Shown piece by piece: positions 22,701 to 35,440 of a stretch of DNA of 64,000 nt. The DNA comes from Schmidtea nova. Taxonomy: Eukaryota. How positions within the stretch are numbered: position 1 is the first letter of the stretch; the number at the start of each line of letters is the position of its first letter. The notes beneath the pieces are model-generated. The model ran no database searches. It worked only from the letters and a program-made list of their open reading frames with translations, and had not been told where the DNA came from. The stretch spans positions 436,914,001-436,978,000 of the forward strand of contig CM097883.1 of the NCBI GenBank assembly GCA_044892505.1, read 5' to 3'. Both the position numbers and the translations under genes were made by a program.

Positions 22701-23047
22701 ATTTCTATTGGTAGGATCTGATCATAGTCCGACTCCGCACGTTCCTTTTATCAAAATTTACAACCCTAAAAATAATCATGTTAATTTTTAAAAACAAAAT
22801 CATTAAACAAATCGATATCAACACTTTCCATAATTGATTAAGTTTTCCGAATTAATTGAAATCGAATAAATAACTAAATATTTCTATTGGTAGGATCTGA
22901 TCATAGTCCGACTCCGCGCGTTCCTTTTATCAAAATTTACAACCCTAAAAATAATCATGTTAATTTTTAAAAACAAAATCATTAAACAAATCGATATCAA
23001 CACTTTCCATGATTGATTAAGTTTTCCGAATTAATTAAAATCGAATA
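22701..23047 (+). repeat. Two-copy tandem duplication, period 179 bp
   Basis: atttctattggtaggatctgatcatagtccgactccgc... starts at both 22701 and 22880, with few mismatches. Confidence 0.95.
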
Positions 23048-23265
23048 TCAATATTTTCCAAATGAAAAGGTATGATCGAGTGACAAATAAATAGTAAAAG
23101 ACAAATATAATAATTAAAAATCTCTGACCTCTTTGATCGTTGTTTCATCTTTGTATTGGTTGGTATAAAACTTAATTATTGATTAAATCCCAACAAATCG
23201 ACAGAATTTGCACAACGGTGGCTGTTTAAATTCAGGTTCATTAGAGCTGTTTAATTATCTATTTG

Positions 23266-23749
23266 GATCAAATATTATATCTTCCCCCTGACAAGATTAG
23301 CTATTATATCTCCCCTCCAAAAACTAAATAAAAACTATTAAAATATAAAAAAATCAAATATTTTTAATAAAAAAAATTAAAAAAATTAAAAAAAATAAAT
23401 TAAATTAAGTAAATAAAAAATTGAAAAATTTTTTAAAAAATAACTTATAACAACCTGTCCCCTCAAAGGGAGGAAGCTGGTTGTTATAAGCCAATTTTGA
23501 AGATTAGAATCTTCATTTCTAACTTTTTTGTTAATTTCAAATTGATTTTTGGAAAATTTATGTAAAAATTAAAATAAATTTTATTGCCTTCTACTAAATA
23601 ATAACTTTAAAATGAAACATTCAATAATTTACAAATTTGTTCCATTAATTAGTTTTTTTAATACATTAAAAATATTTTATTCATTTTATCGATAAAAAAA
23701 TTCAACTATTATATCTCCTCTCCTGGGGGGAGATATAATTGCTGATCCG
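23266..23749. mobile_element. MITE-like element with attatatctcccc inverted ends and internal hairpins
   Basis: The left end gattagctattatatctcccc matches the reverse complement of the right end (gatcagcaattatatctcccc). Internal 12-bp stem cttataacaacc/ggttgttataag at 23444-23490. Confidence 0.5.
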
Positions 23750-24901
23750 TCGATTTAAATTAGGTGAGCATACATTGCCGAAAGTGGTTCCCGAGCTCTA
23801 AAGAAAATCTTATTATTCACTATTGAGCCACATACGAATTCGGCAATTTTTGTTGTCCACACATGTCTAAAAAATCTTTGATTAATCAATTAGTTTGTAT
23901 TTTTCTACAACATCACCTCTTTACTCCCCATCAATATTAAATTATTTTATTTGTCTTTAACATTTATTTTCAACCCGCTCATATATTTCTCCTCTTGAAA
24001 ATATTGATTTTAGATTTTAATTAATTTTTGTTTTAGTTTATTTTCAAATTTTTTTATCAAATTTTGTGTTTTACATACTTTGCATTTGAATCTTTGCGCG
24101 CTCAAATCTTAATTGCGTATATTTATGCAACCCTAGTACCATTTTATACTAAAAGCAAAGATTCGCTTAGATTACAAATTTCGAATGCTGTCCGTAATCC
24201 CAAAGAACTTCTCAGGCAGAGATCAGTTAACTAGCGCTGTTTGTTCTCCAAGGACATTTAATACCAAGTTCGTAATAGAATTAATTTTCTAATGAAACCA
24301 TTGAGCTGGTAGAAATTTAATATTATTATCCATAAATGATTTATTGAAGAAATTAATAAAAATTAAATAATTGAAATTTATTTTACCATTAAGCCATTAA
24401 ATGATTTAAACATTTTCCTAGTAGCGCAGTTTTCGAAGTCATATGGTTACTATTAGTTATTTATTAATTTTTCATAAATTTTGTAATTTAATTTCAATTG
24501 TATTATGTTAATTTCTCATAATTCTAATTATTATTATCTGCTTTTCATTATTATTTTCGAATTTTAGATTACATTGATATCCATTCCTACTAAGAGCCAT
24601 AGCAATACATGTCCAGGTTTTTATTAATGAATTATTTTGACTATCTAATTACTTTGAATATATTTTATTGCTAATTTATATATTTTTTTATTTCCTGCGA
24701 AATGTGTTTGTTTCGATGAAAAACAACACCTTGTTGATCTGATTTGTTGAATTTTATTATAAATAACATTATTGATATCATTATTGAAACTCTTCAACTG
24801 GGAAAATGATACTATACATATTATACATACCTGATCTTATATTCCGCATCATGTGGGTATTATAGACATTTTATTATATGCTATTGTATTAATCGCATTT
24901 T

Positions 24902-24906
<5 letters not shown>

Positions 24907-24956
<50 letters not shown>
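24907..24956. repeat. (TA)n microsatellite
   Basis: Direct reading. Confidence 0.95.
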
Positions 24957-24958
<2 letters not shown>

Positions 24959-27650
24959 AACTCATTCTTTATTCATTATAATTAATTTTACATGCCACAC
25001 TCACTTTATACCAAATCACAAACATATATCTCGTTACTAGAATTCGGCAGTTTTTATAAAATGAACGTTTATGTTCTATAAATATAATAAATAAGTGTAC
25101 TTCAGAACATAGACACTGTAAGTAAAAATATTCGTTATTTTGACGCTAAGATTACGTCGTTTCGACGTTGGAGATATTATGACATTATTTTGGTGCTGGC
25201 AAATGTTTAAGTTGAATGAATCACCATTGACCTTACCTTATGTGGCACCCAAAAAATATAGTCCATCAATTAATCAGTTAATAATAATATTTAAAGTTGG
25301 AAGTTGAATGAAAATATCATCGCGGACCTTACCTCATTTGGAACCCACAAAATATTGTTAAAGGTTGAAAATAGCAGTTAATGGCAGCCAGAATTACATT
25401 TGCAAATGTGTTGATCGTTTGGGAGAAGTTCTTGTGATAAGCAGAGAGACATGTATTTTCTGTTTTATAGTATAGATCAATTCAACTGTGAAAAAATATA
25501 AATTAAAAAAATTGTTTGTCATATCCGTTAGATGACGTATAATTTAATAAAATATTGTACATAGATTTTTCAGTAATATTCAAACTAATAATTTTAGAAC
25601 ACTAAAAACTTTGATTTAAATAAGAAAATCAATATAAAGGACAAATACTAAGTCTCAACGTATAGGAAACACAAGTATGACGCAATTAATTCGACTTTCT
25701 TAAAATTGCGTCATATGTAATTTCAAATTTTTTCTATACATTGTGCTACTGAAAATCTCATCAGAAATTAACATCTTTGATTTCTGAGAAAGCAATAAAA
25801 CAAACTTTTGAAATAATAAAGTACGCTATACGCTCACTAGACATTCATGTTTTTTAAAAATACATGGCCACTTAGAGAATTCATTAGGGAATTATATCAG
25901 ATAGAAAGTTGTAAGTTGAATGAAAATATCACCTTGGACTGTACCTCGCCTAACACCCACAAAATATAGTTAAAAATTGAAAATAGCACAGTTGACCTTG
26001 TAATGACAGCCAAAAACACATTTGAAGATTTTACGTGGTTACTTTTCACCGTTTTGGAGGAGTTCTTGTAATAGACAGACTAACAAACACTTGAATTTTC
26101 TGTTTTGTATTAAAGATTAGATATGGGTGATGACGGACAGCAACCCTATTGATTTTATTGTTTGGGTCACCTTGAAATTGGCAAATGTTATCATGGGGTC
26201 ACAGCACCAGAAGGGTTGGGAAAGGCTGTCCTAAATTGTATTATTTGTTGCAGAAAAATATAATCCCTAAATTATATAAAAATAAAAGAGCTTTATTAGT
26301 TGTCATATATAGTATCAGGTGGTACACACATATATTGTGAAAAATATCTACACTGACTTCCAATTGCTTAATGTCAACTATTCGAATACTAATTAATGCT
26401 AAAGGGATGATTGAAGAGATAACTAGTCCATAAACATTGACAATAGTCATAGTGCAGACCGCAAACTTAATAGCGAAGCTAAGTCAACATACTAATGTTA
26501 ATCAAATTGTTGCTGTGCGTATTCATATAAATCCTTTTCATTTTTATAAAGTTCGTCTCGTTCAAAAAATGAACAGACACATCATCTATAAGAGAATTTT
26601 GGGTTGTTTTTCTATATAAAAATCCATCTATATAGAAACTATAAGTACTTATTAATTAAATTAATTGATTGATTGGTGTATGAATGTGTGTGGTTTGTTG
26701 TATGTATGAACTTTGATTAATCAAGTCTCATATTTCATAATCATGATTGTATAACAATTTATAATATCCTTGATATAAATACTGATTTGTGATGTAATAA
26801 AATAAAATTTAATAACTTAGTTTTGTTTTATAAAATGGTGACCATAAACAGTTTACGAATCGCAGAATTACTTCAGATTACTCCACAGTCGAAATTATAT
26901 TTCCTAGGGGAAGATTCGAAAGAATTTATTTTATTAATCAATAATTATTTTGATATGATAAAACTGGATGAACAAAACAAGAAAATCGTTGTACGTGCAT
27001 TCTTAGACGTAAGAAACAGAAAGAAATGACGAAACTTCATTCGAAAACAACTTGGACGAAAGATTAAGAAAAGCTTTCCGAACAAAAACAAATTTACCTG
27101 AAGATTTGCAAACTGCTTTGAATTAGAGAAAAAGAAATTCAAAAGTGAATGGATATGTTAAGACAATCGGAAAGAATGTTAAAAAAAGTATGAGACATTA
27201 GATTGCAAGCACTAAACTAGTAGAATTTTTTTAAAAACACTATTTGGATTGTGAAGAAGAGAGATATAGCTGGACGAAATTACAGAAGATCTAATTAAAG
27301 AAAAACTTCAGATAAAAAGATTTAAAAAATTGAAAATGAAGATTGACAAAATGACTCTACCCCAAGTAAATATATTAAATGCATCAAAAAGAAGATAGAA
27401 GAATCAAAACTAAATGACTGTAATGAACAAAGGAAGCTATGGTGAAGTGTTACATAAAAATAATACCCCAATGAAATTTATAGCAGCATTAAACGTGATC
27501 CAAGACAGAAAAATATATAATTCAAACCGGAAAGCTCGATTTCAGCTTCAATTTCAATGCATGTATAAGGGATGTTATGACAATTTCGAATGTTTGTTTG
27601 ATAAAAATTATGCTAATGAATTTTCCTATTTAAATATCGATGATTTATAA

Positions 27651-28344
27651 CAGGCGTGTCCAACCCGCTGCCCAAGATGGCTTTGAATGCGTCCTAACAA
27701 AAGTCATATACTTAAAAACTTTCTCAATATTTTATAAAACTATTTCGTGTTGCTATTTATTTAATTTTATAAAAAAAATTCATGAACAATTGGAGTTTAA
27801 ATCACTTAAAATTGTTAACTAAGTACATATATTCTATTTATATCAATAGATTTCATAACTGTACTGTAATACACACTTGATAAAGGCTGTGTCGAAATAT
27901 TGTGTACTTATTTAAAGAAATTTTGATCTAGTCTTACCATTATGGGAATTATTGATATTAATAATAAAAAAAGATCAAAGGTGAAACAAAAAGATAATTA
28001 TGATTGTACTCTATAGATCAAAACTTTTTTTTTGGATTTTTTAATTTTTAAGTACACGATATTTCGGCACAGCCTTTATCAAGTGTATATTTCACTTGAT
28101 AAAGGCTGTGCCGAAATATCGTGTACTTAACAACTAAAAAACCCAAAGAATATTTTTTGATCTAGTCATAGAATTATGAAAATTAATGGCATAAAAAAGA
28201 GATCAAACGTTAGATCAAATTATTATAATATATTCTACGTTTTTTGTTCATTAGATCTCTTTAAGGTTAGTTATTTTATGTGGCCCAATGTAACTCGTCT
28301 TCTTGCAATACGGCCCAGGGTAGCTGAAAGGGTGGACACCCCTG
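27651..28344. mobile_element. hAT-type MITE
   Basis: caggcgtgtccaaccc...gggtggacacccctg, with 8-bp flanks atttataa/atttaaaa (1 mismatch). Confidence 0.8.
27873..28086. mobile_element. Nested MITE with about 37-bp TIRs, followed by a partial tandem copy (28093-28250)
   Basis: cacttgataaaggctgtgtcgaaatattgtgtactta / taagtacacgatatttcggcacagcctttatcaagtg. Relics of the same family occur at about 54140-54600. Confidence 0.8.
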
Positions 28345-29956
28345 ATTTAAAATGTATGCTAATTGTGAATAATAAATGTGGGAATGGGTGAAAATATGCA
28401 TTTAGAAATGATTTTAATGATTTTAATAATAATGATTTAATTTTAATTAATTATGATAATGATTATAGCCATTTTGTAAAGCTAATATTAATAATAAGAA
28501 TTTAAATGTTTGTTAGACACTGGGGCTAAAATTAGTGTTATAAGTAAAAGATTATCTGAATTAATTAAGTAGAAGTTACAAAAAATAAGCTTTGCTAATA
28601 TAAGTGAGTTAAATATTTGTTTTAGTAATATAGAACTTAAATATGAAAATTTGATTATTGTTGCAAATTTTTACGTGGTAAATGAAATTTACCCAGAAAT
28701 CATTTTAGGCATTGATATATTAAATGAAATAAATATTAAATTAATGGAAATAAATGAAAATAGGAAACGTGATGCAATGAAAAATAATAAATGCATAATG
28801 AGTTTAAAAAGAAGTTTGAAAAAAATTAAAACAATGAATTTGAAAATTTAATTAAAACGAAAGATATTTCGTCGTCATATAGTTTAGTAGAAATAATAAA
28901 AACGATTTAAAAATATTTTTTTTGTTGAATAAATGGTGCATTGGACTAACTGATATTTTAAAGCACAAAATACAAACTAATTTTAAATCTATAATGATTA
29001 AACTGAGAAAATGAAAATTATGAAAATATAAAATCTAGAAAATAATGAAATTATAAGAAAATATGAATCTCCTTGGAATTCACCAATAGTATATGTAGCG
29101 AAGGAAAATACGAATGATATTCATATGTGCTTAGACTTCAGATCACTTACGCATTTTCAATTCCAAAAGTTAATGAAATGTTGCCGGGTCGCCCCATTTA
29201 ATCAACTTCTAAAACATCAACTTTTTACCCTAAAACATCAACTGGCAAAAACATCAACTGGCAAAAACATCAACTGGCAAAAACATCAACTGGCAAAAAC
29301 ATCAACTGTCAAAAACATCAACTGGCAAAAACATCAATTGGCTAAAACATCAACAATCTAAAACATCAACAATATAAAACATTGAATTTCATTACAATTT
29401 AAATAATAATTTATTATTAATTAATTATTATTAATTTTTTTTGGGGGGGCGCCCTTTCCGGGTCGCCCCATTTAATCAACTTCTAAAACATCAACTACGA
29501 AAACATCAACTTTTTACCCTAAAACATCAACTGTCAAAAACATCAACTGTCAAAAACATCAACTGTCAAAAACATCAACTGGCAAAAACATCAACTGGCA
29601 AAAACATCAACTGGCAAAAACATCAACTGGCAAAAACAACAACTGGCTAAAACATCAATTGGCTAAAACATCAATAATCTAAAACATCAACAATCTAAAA
29701 CATCAACAATATAAAACATTGAATTTCATTACAATTTAAATAATAATTTATTATTAATTAAATTTGTCAGTTGTTATTTTGATTTTTGAAACTATTATCT
29801 CTCGATCGCTTTAACTTCAACTCATCGTCACTCAACAGCATTAGATTCAACTCTACAATAATAAAGGTAAAATATTTTATATTTTAAAAATTAGATTTTC
29901 TTGCAAAAAGTTTTTTTTTATATTCAGCCTTTGTGCTTTCCGTCAAAAAGGTGATA

Positions 29957-30222
29957 CAGTCAAACATTTTATAACACGACATGCTGCAACGACAACATGC
30001 TTATAACGACGGACCCAAAAGTCAGAAACGACTGTCATTGTAAAATGTAATATAGGTATAACGACCAAATATGCTTATAACGACCAAATATGCTTATAAC
30101 GACAGCTTATTAATGTTGTTATAAAATGTTTGGTCATTGTAGCATGTCATGATATAACAACCAACATGCTATAATAATGAATGTTGGTGAACCCAAGTTC
30201 ATCGTTGTAACATGTTTGACTG
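29957..30222. mobile_element. pogo/Tc1-type MITE nested in the MULE
   Basis: TA|cagtcaaacattttataac...gttgtaacatgtttgactg|TA. Confidence 0.85.
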
Positions 30223-30607
30223 TACTGAAATAATTTTTAAAATTGTGTTCATTAATTTTTTTATACGGCTTTTGGAAATTCTCTGTTGCTCAATTTTTTA
30301 TTAGGCCGGTATTTCAGACCAAAAAAAATAGTTTGTTTTGAGAGCAATTGGAAAGCTGCCTATAAATTAATGTGTTCTAAATTTTATTTTAGATGGTCAT
30401 AGAACGTGGTCCAGGACATGGACGACCGAGAGGTCATAGACATGAAAATCATTCGTCACCTATTTCCTCTGAAGAAGATCCAGATTTGGTTTCTACTGAA
30501 CAAGAAGAGTATTTTCTGTCAAATTCATTTGAATTAATTTTTGAAGAAGTAGATCAGTCAGAAGATCACTATTAAATGTATCTTCACCAGCTTCTCCTCC
30601 AGCAAAA

Positions 30608-32068
30608 ATGTCAAAATTTCCAGTCCCAGATTTCTCAGAAGACATTCAAAATTCAATCCCAAGTCAAAAGGGGAGAGACAAACGCACCTTTGAAGGTCAC
30701 ATTTACATTCATGATAGGCCTGATTCAAAGATTCCTGGAAAATTGTATTGGAAATGTGAACGATGCTGTAGTGGATGTCCTGGCAGGCTGATTCAAGATC
30801 CTTCTGGAGAATTTCGCCATGGAAGAAATCCTCATTCTCACGAACCTTCAATTGGAAAGGCAGAAGCTGACATGTGGAGGTACAATGCAAAAATCTAAGC
30901 AACACAGCTGATACCAACAAGAACAATTTTATCTGGTTTAGCAACTCTTTCTAAAGAAGCATTTCACTGTGCTCCAACTACAGTTAATATGAGGAAAGCT
31001 CTTGTATACAAAAAATCTAAGCTTGGTGACCAGCGTTCACTGCCTCATTCAATTAGTTTTGATGTACCAGAATAATACCGTTGGACAACTTCTGCAACAA
31101 GAGAGCAATTTTTACGCAATTTTTTACGCATTCTGGGATTTACAACTCTGGCTTTTTTAAGAAAACTACTTTCATGTCGCACTATCTTTGGCGATGGGAC
31201 CTTTGCATCAGTTCCAGTGGATAGTTTCTACCAGCTTTACAGCCTTCACGGAGAAGTAAGTGAAGAATTCACTGTCCCACTTGTCTTTTTACTTCTCAAA
31301 AATAAAACTTCTCAGACATACACCAGAATGCTAAATCTGGTGTCAAAAGCAGTTCAAGGCTTGGAGTGGTCTGCAAACTATGTCACTTGCGACTTTGAAA
31401 AAGCCTTTATTAAGGCAGTTAAACAACAGATTCCAAATGCTGAAGCTGCTCTCTGCTACTTTCACATGTCACAGTCCATTTGGCGGAAAGTTGGAGAACT
31501 GAGACTGCGGAATGACTACCTTGTTGATCCAGAAATGAGAACACTGGTTAACTGCTTGAAATCACTTTGTTTTGTTCCATCGGAGGATGTAGAACAATGC
31601 TTTGATGAACTCTCAACTTCCGACTGGCAACATTTTGAGCCGTTGCGTCAGTACTTTGAGTCAACCTACATTGGCACCTTCAAAATGACCAAAATAAAAG
31701 GACAAACAGGTCCAGTGCTTCAACGAGGTACACCAGATTATCCTATAAAAACTTGGAATCAATTTGAAAGAACAATTGAAGGACGACAGCGAACAAACAA
31801 CCGAATTGAAGCTTGGAACGCAGCTTTTCATGCATCTCTTGGATGCTCACGGTCAAACATGTGGAATCTTTTTAAGCAATTTCAAGTTGAAGCAAACAAG
31901 ACCATGTCTGATTTGTCAGAGGTTGAGGCTGGAACTTATCAGCGAAGAACGAAGCCTCAATATTTGAGGTTCAAAAAGACCATTCTCACCATGTGTCAGA
32001 CTTATGAATCATTTGAATCAAAAGTTGACTATTTGAAGAAAATTGCTGTGATTCTTGGGTCATACTAA
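30608..32068 (+). pseudogene. FLYWCH + MULE transposase, disrupted
   Basis: LYWKC..C.GC.GR...H.H (FLYWCH); IFGDGTF...FYQLYSLH; TCDFEKAF; CYFHMSQ; RTNNRIEAWN. Internal stops at about 30896 and 31075 plus a frameshift. Confidence 0.92.
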
Positions 32069-33398
32069 ATTTTTCCGGCGCCCGAATTTCTCCACGTCTA
32101 TATTATATAAAAAATTATTAATATTGTTGAAAATTTGAAATAAAATATATCACATCACAGTCCTTTTTGCATTTATGAGAATTCAAACAATTTCAAATTA
32201 TTTTCTAATTGTTTTCTAATTGTGTCGTAATTGACTTGCACAAATTAATTTTTTTTTATTAAAAAATAATTTGCCGGTCCCTAAGAAAGATCCATTAGAT
32301 AAAAATATTTTTTAAAATTGATGTTTTTGACAGTTGATGTTTTAGGGCAAACTTGCAGTTGATGTTTTAGTCAGTTGATGTTTTAGGGCAAAACTGCAGT
32401 TGATGTTTAGTAAGTTGATGTTTTAGACAGTTGATGTTTTAGACAGTTGATGTTTTAGTCAGTTGATGTTTTAAAAGTTGATGTTTTAGTAGTTGATGTT
32501 CTAGAAGTTGATGTTTTGGGGGGGCGCCAAATGTTGCATGTTCTGTCGATTTAGGAAACTTATATTATCAAGTCGTACTTGAAGAGGACTCTTGAGAAAA
32601 AATGGGTTTTCCACTAAGTATAGACAATATTGTTTTAATAGAATGTCATTTGTCATATCAGCAGTCTTATAAAATTTCCAGAAACTAATGTCCATTATAA
32701 TTGGAGATAAGATGTGGAAAGATGCTTTAATATACTTGGATGACGTCTTAATCTTTTGTGAGACAATGACGAGCATAAAAATTGTATTGAAAAATTATTT
32801 ATCATTTATAAGAAAAATGCAAATTTTTAATTACAGTATTAAAATTCTTTGGACATGTCATAAACAAACGTATTAAAACTGATCCAGAGGAAATTAGTAC
32901 AGACTAATTTTCAAAAGCCCCGTTTAAAAATAATACTATATATAAGATCCAATGGTCTGAGGAATGTGAAAATGCCTTTGAGAAACTTAAATATCAGATT
33001 GTTAATACACCAATACAGAAGAAAGGTATCAACATATTTAGACATCGTGCAGCAACCTTAATGGAAATAGCTTATAAGTTGGTGATGACGATTGTAAACA
33101 AGCTTTTAATTAAACATTGAATAAATTATAATTTCACAAATACAGTAATTTGTCGATAAGTGTCAAAAGTGATAAATCAATTTTTTGAAACCCATAAAAA
33201 ATAAGGATTGACAGTCATCAATCTTTAATGTATTAATTTTCGATTCATATTTTGATGGCTTTATTTATCCAGCAAAATAGCTAATGAGTGTGACACCTAT
33301 CGATAATTTACTGTTTATATTTTATTTTATTTATTTATCCCTATGAACATAAATGTGATAAATGGTGACATTTATCGTTCAAACTCCATTTAAATATT

Positions 33399-33427
33399 AT
33401 GATTTTCCAAGATCAAGCAATAGTTCA
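33399..33427 (+). CDS. gld-2: Putative short first coding exon of gld-2 (MIFQDQAIV-CA), spliced to an acceptor at 33497
   Basis: The frame upstream of Met33559 stays open back to tttttag|33498 (SYHNAFSQQQHHHTHQNSWF). ATG33399 plus donor GT33428 gives the required phase 2 across a 70-nt intron. Confidence 0.35.
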
Positions 33428-33558
33428 GTTTTGTTTCGAAATCTTTTAAAAGTCTATATTTGTAGTTTACCAATGAAAATATTTTTAATATTTTTAGATC
33501 TTATCATAATGCCTTTTCGCAACAGCAGCACCATCACACTCATCAGAATTCTTGGTTT

Positions 33559-35440
33559 ATGTCACCAAATATAGTTAATAGTTTATTTTGTTCCCCTGGA
33601 AATAATTCGACTGCAAATTGTAATAATACTTTTATGAATGGCTCTAATATTAACAATCACCTGTCAAATTTATTAAATGCTCCTCATCATTTCGTTCCAA
33701 ATCAACTCAGCACTAGTCAGACACATTCAAACTCATCTCAGCCACCGATAATTGGCGGAAATACATTTTCATCTCATTATCATGGGAATCATCAGAATTT
33801 CAGTTCACAGCCATATTCGTCAATATTTTCAATGAGCGGTACTTATTCCAGTTCAGGATCGGGTAATCGTTTCATTGCCGGTCAAAACAATCACCATTAT
33901 CAGGGCTCGTCGAATTATTCTCGTTCGTTGCATTCAAATCGTACATCAAGGGCAAATGTCAACTTCAATTCTGAAACGAACCATTCTCGAAGATACCAAC
34001 CGGGTCTCAGCTCAAATGGACCGATGTTAACCTTTCCTGGTTCTATCGCTAATAATAAGTCAATTAGTATTAATCCGGACCTAAATTTGTTTAATGACAC
34101 GTCTGCGCGTTCTTTATCGTCGAATCCTTCAATTTATCAACACAAAGATTCAAAATCACCAATTAATAACAATAACTATAATTCCAATTCAAAGTATCAC
34201 GATTGGGGAAAACCGTCAAATTGTGAGTCTCATGGAAATATTTCGGGATCTGTGTCGGCATCTGATCTACAGATCAACTCTAAAATCGCAAATAAAAACC
34301 ACCATGTCAAAGGAATGGAAAACATAAAACTGGACAATGAAGGAGTTCATTCGAATTATGTTCAGTTCACGGGAATGTTGTCAAAATCTTTCAGCACTGT
34401 CATACAAAATTGTGAATCACCACTAGAAAGTAAATCTAAAGACTTGCCTTTCGTATCAAATTCAAAAGAAAATATGGAAAAAACAAACAACAATCATACT
34501 AAATTGAATACCAACCGTCCTGCTCCAGAATTGCGCAATGCGCAAATACCGTCTGCTGATGTAAATGAGCATTTAAAGTCAGCTAAAAATCAACATGGAA
34601 ATAAAAATCCTACAGATTCTTTTGAAAACCTGAAAAAAAATCCAGTGAAATTTACATTAAATGTCGATGAGGATGAATTAGTGTATTATGATGATATTGT
34701 GGAAATTGGAAGTTATCCAACAGAAACCATTGACCATTCCATTTTAAGCAATGAAGGACCCAAATCCAATCAGTCCTATGACAATAAACCTGGAGAGATC
34801 AAGCAAAAATTCAATTTGGAAACTGAAGGAAGAAATTCTTCAAACATAGACGATGAAGTAGATAATTTATCGGGATGTGATAGCCTCAAGAAGACTATAA
34901 ACAAAAATATCAGCCATTTGGATTTGAGAAATTCAGATACAAATCATAACTCGAATTCCGTAGGTTCCACTCAACCATCGCCGGTTTCAAACATAGAGTA
35001 CGTTAGTTCCGAAGGAAATTTTGATTCCCATCATCAACAACCGATATCGAGTTCCTGCTTGGCAAATAATTCTCATTTCACTTCAACGAATCTTATGCAA
35101 AATATTCCTCCCCAAAATATCTCAACATTTTCGCCGCATGTCACCCCAAATTTTCCAATGAATTGTCCTTTATTATCAAATCCTGGTAACAATATAATGG
35201 CTGCAGTTTATATTGCTGCGGCTTTGGGTGGAAATCACTCTTCAGTCCTGTCAAATCCTAATTCAAGATGTGCTGCATTTAGACATGACAATTTAGCGCC
35301 GAATACTAATGGATATCATGATATTGTTTCAAGCAAACTTTGGCAATATTATATTACTAACAGACAAACTGAAGCCATGTATGTTCGTAAAGTTCAATTG
35401 AGAAATGCACTTCATATGGTTATGTCATATGTTTTTGAAA
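33559..35440 (+). CDS. gld-2: gld-2 large exon: long N/S/H-rich disordered N-terminus and start of the catalytic core (may begin at 33498)
   Basis: ...WQYYITNRQTEAMYVRKVQLRNALHMVMSYVFE-a|GT. Phase 1 fits the next exon. Confidence 0.88.

Larger units (their letters stand above)
29185..32528 (+). mobile_element. MULE (Mutator-like) transposon with arrays of aaaacatcaac subterminal repeats
   Basis: Exact 9-bp TSD aaatgttgc (29176-29184 and 32529-32537) splitting the Gypsy RT. About 16-bp repeat arrays are inverted at the two ends. Confidence 0.93.
26834..33030 (+). mobile_element. Decayed Ty3/Gypsy gag-pol, interrupted by a hAT MITE and a MULE
   Basis: gag-like frame at 26837; protease LLDTGAKISVI at about 28510; RT motifs SPWNSPIV, MCLDFR, VNEML|HVL and YLDD at about 32735; WSEECENAFEKLK at about 32955. 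Confidence 0.85.

Noticed and set aside
30393-30575. 60-aa acidic ORF upstream of the MULE transposase as a separate gene
   Set aside because: It lies inside the transposon and could be a decayed N-terminal exon of the transposase. No independent evidence.
29185-32528. Regularly spaced aaaacatcaac repeats resembling a CRISPR array or iterons
   Set aside because: There are no unique spacers, the context is eukaryotic, and the arrays are inverted at the two ends of a MULE with a 9-bp TSD, so they are subterminal repeats. The short ORFs across them are artefacts.
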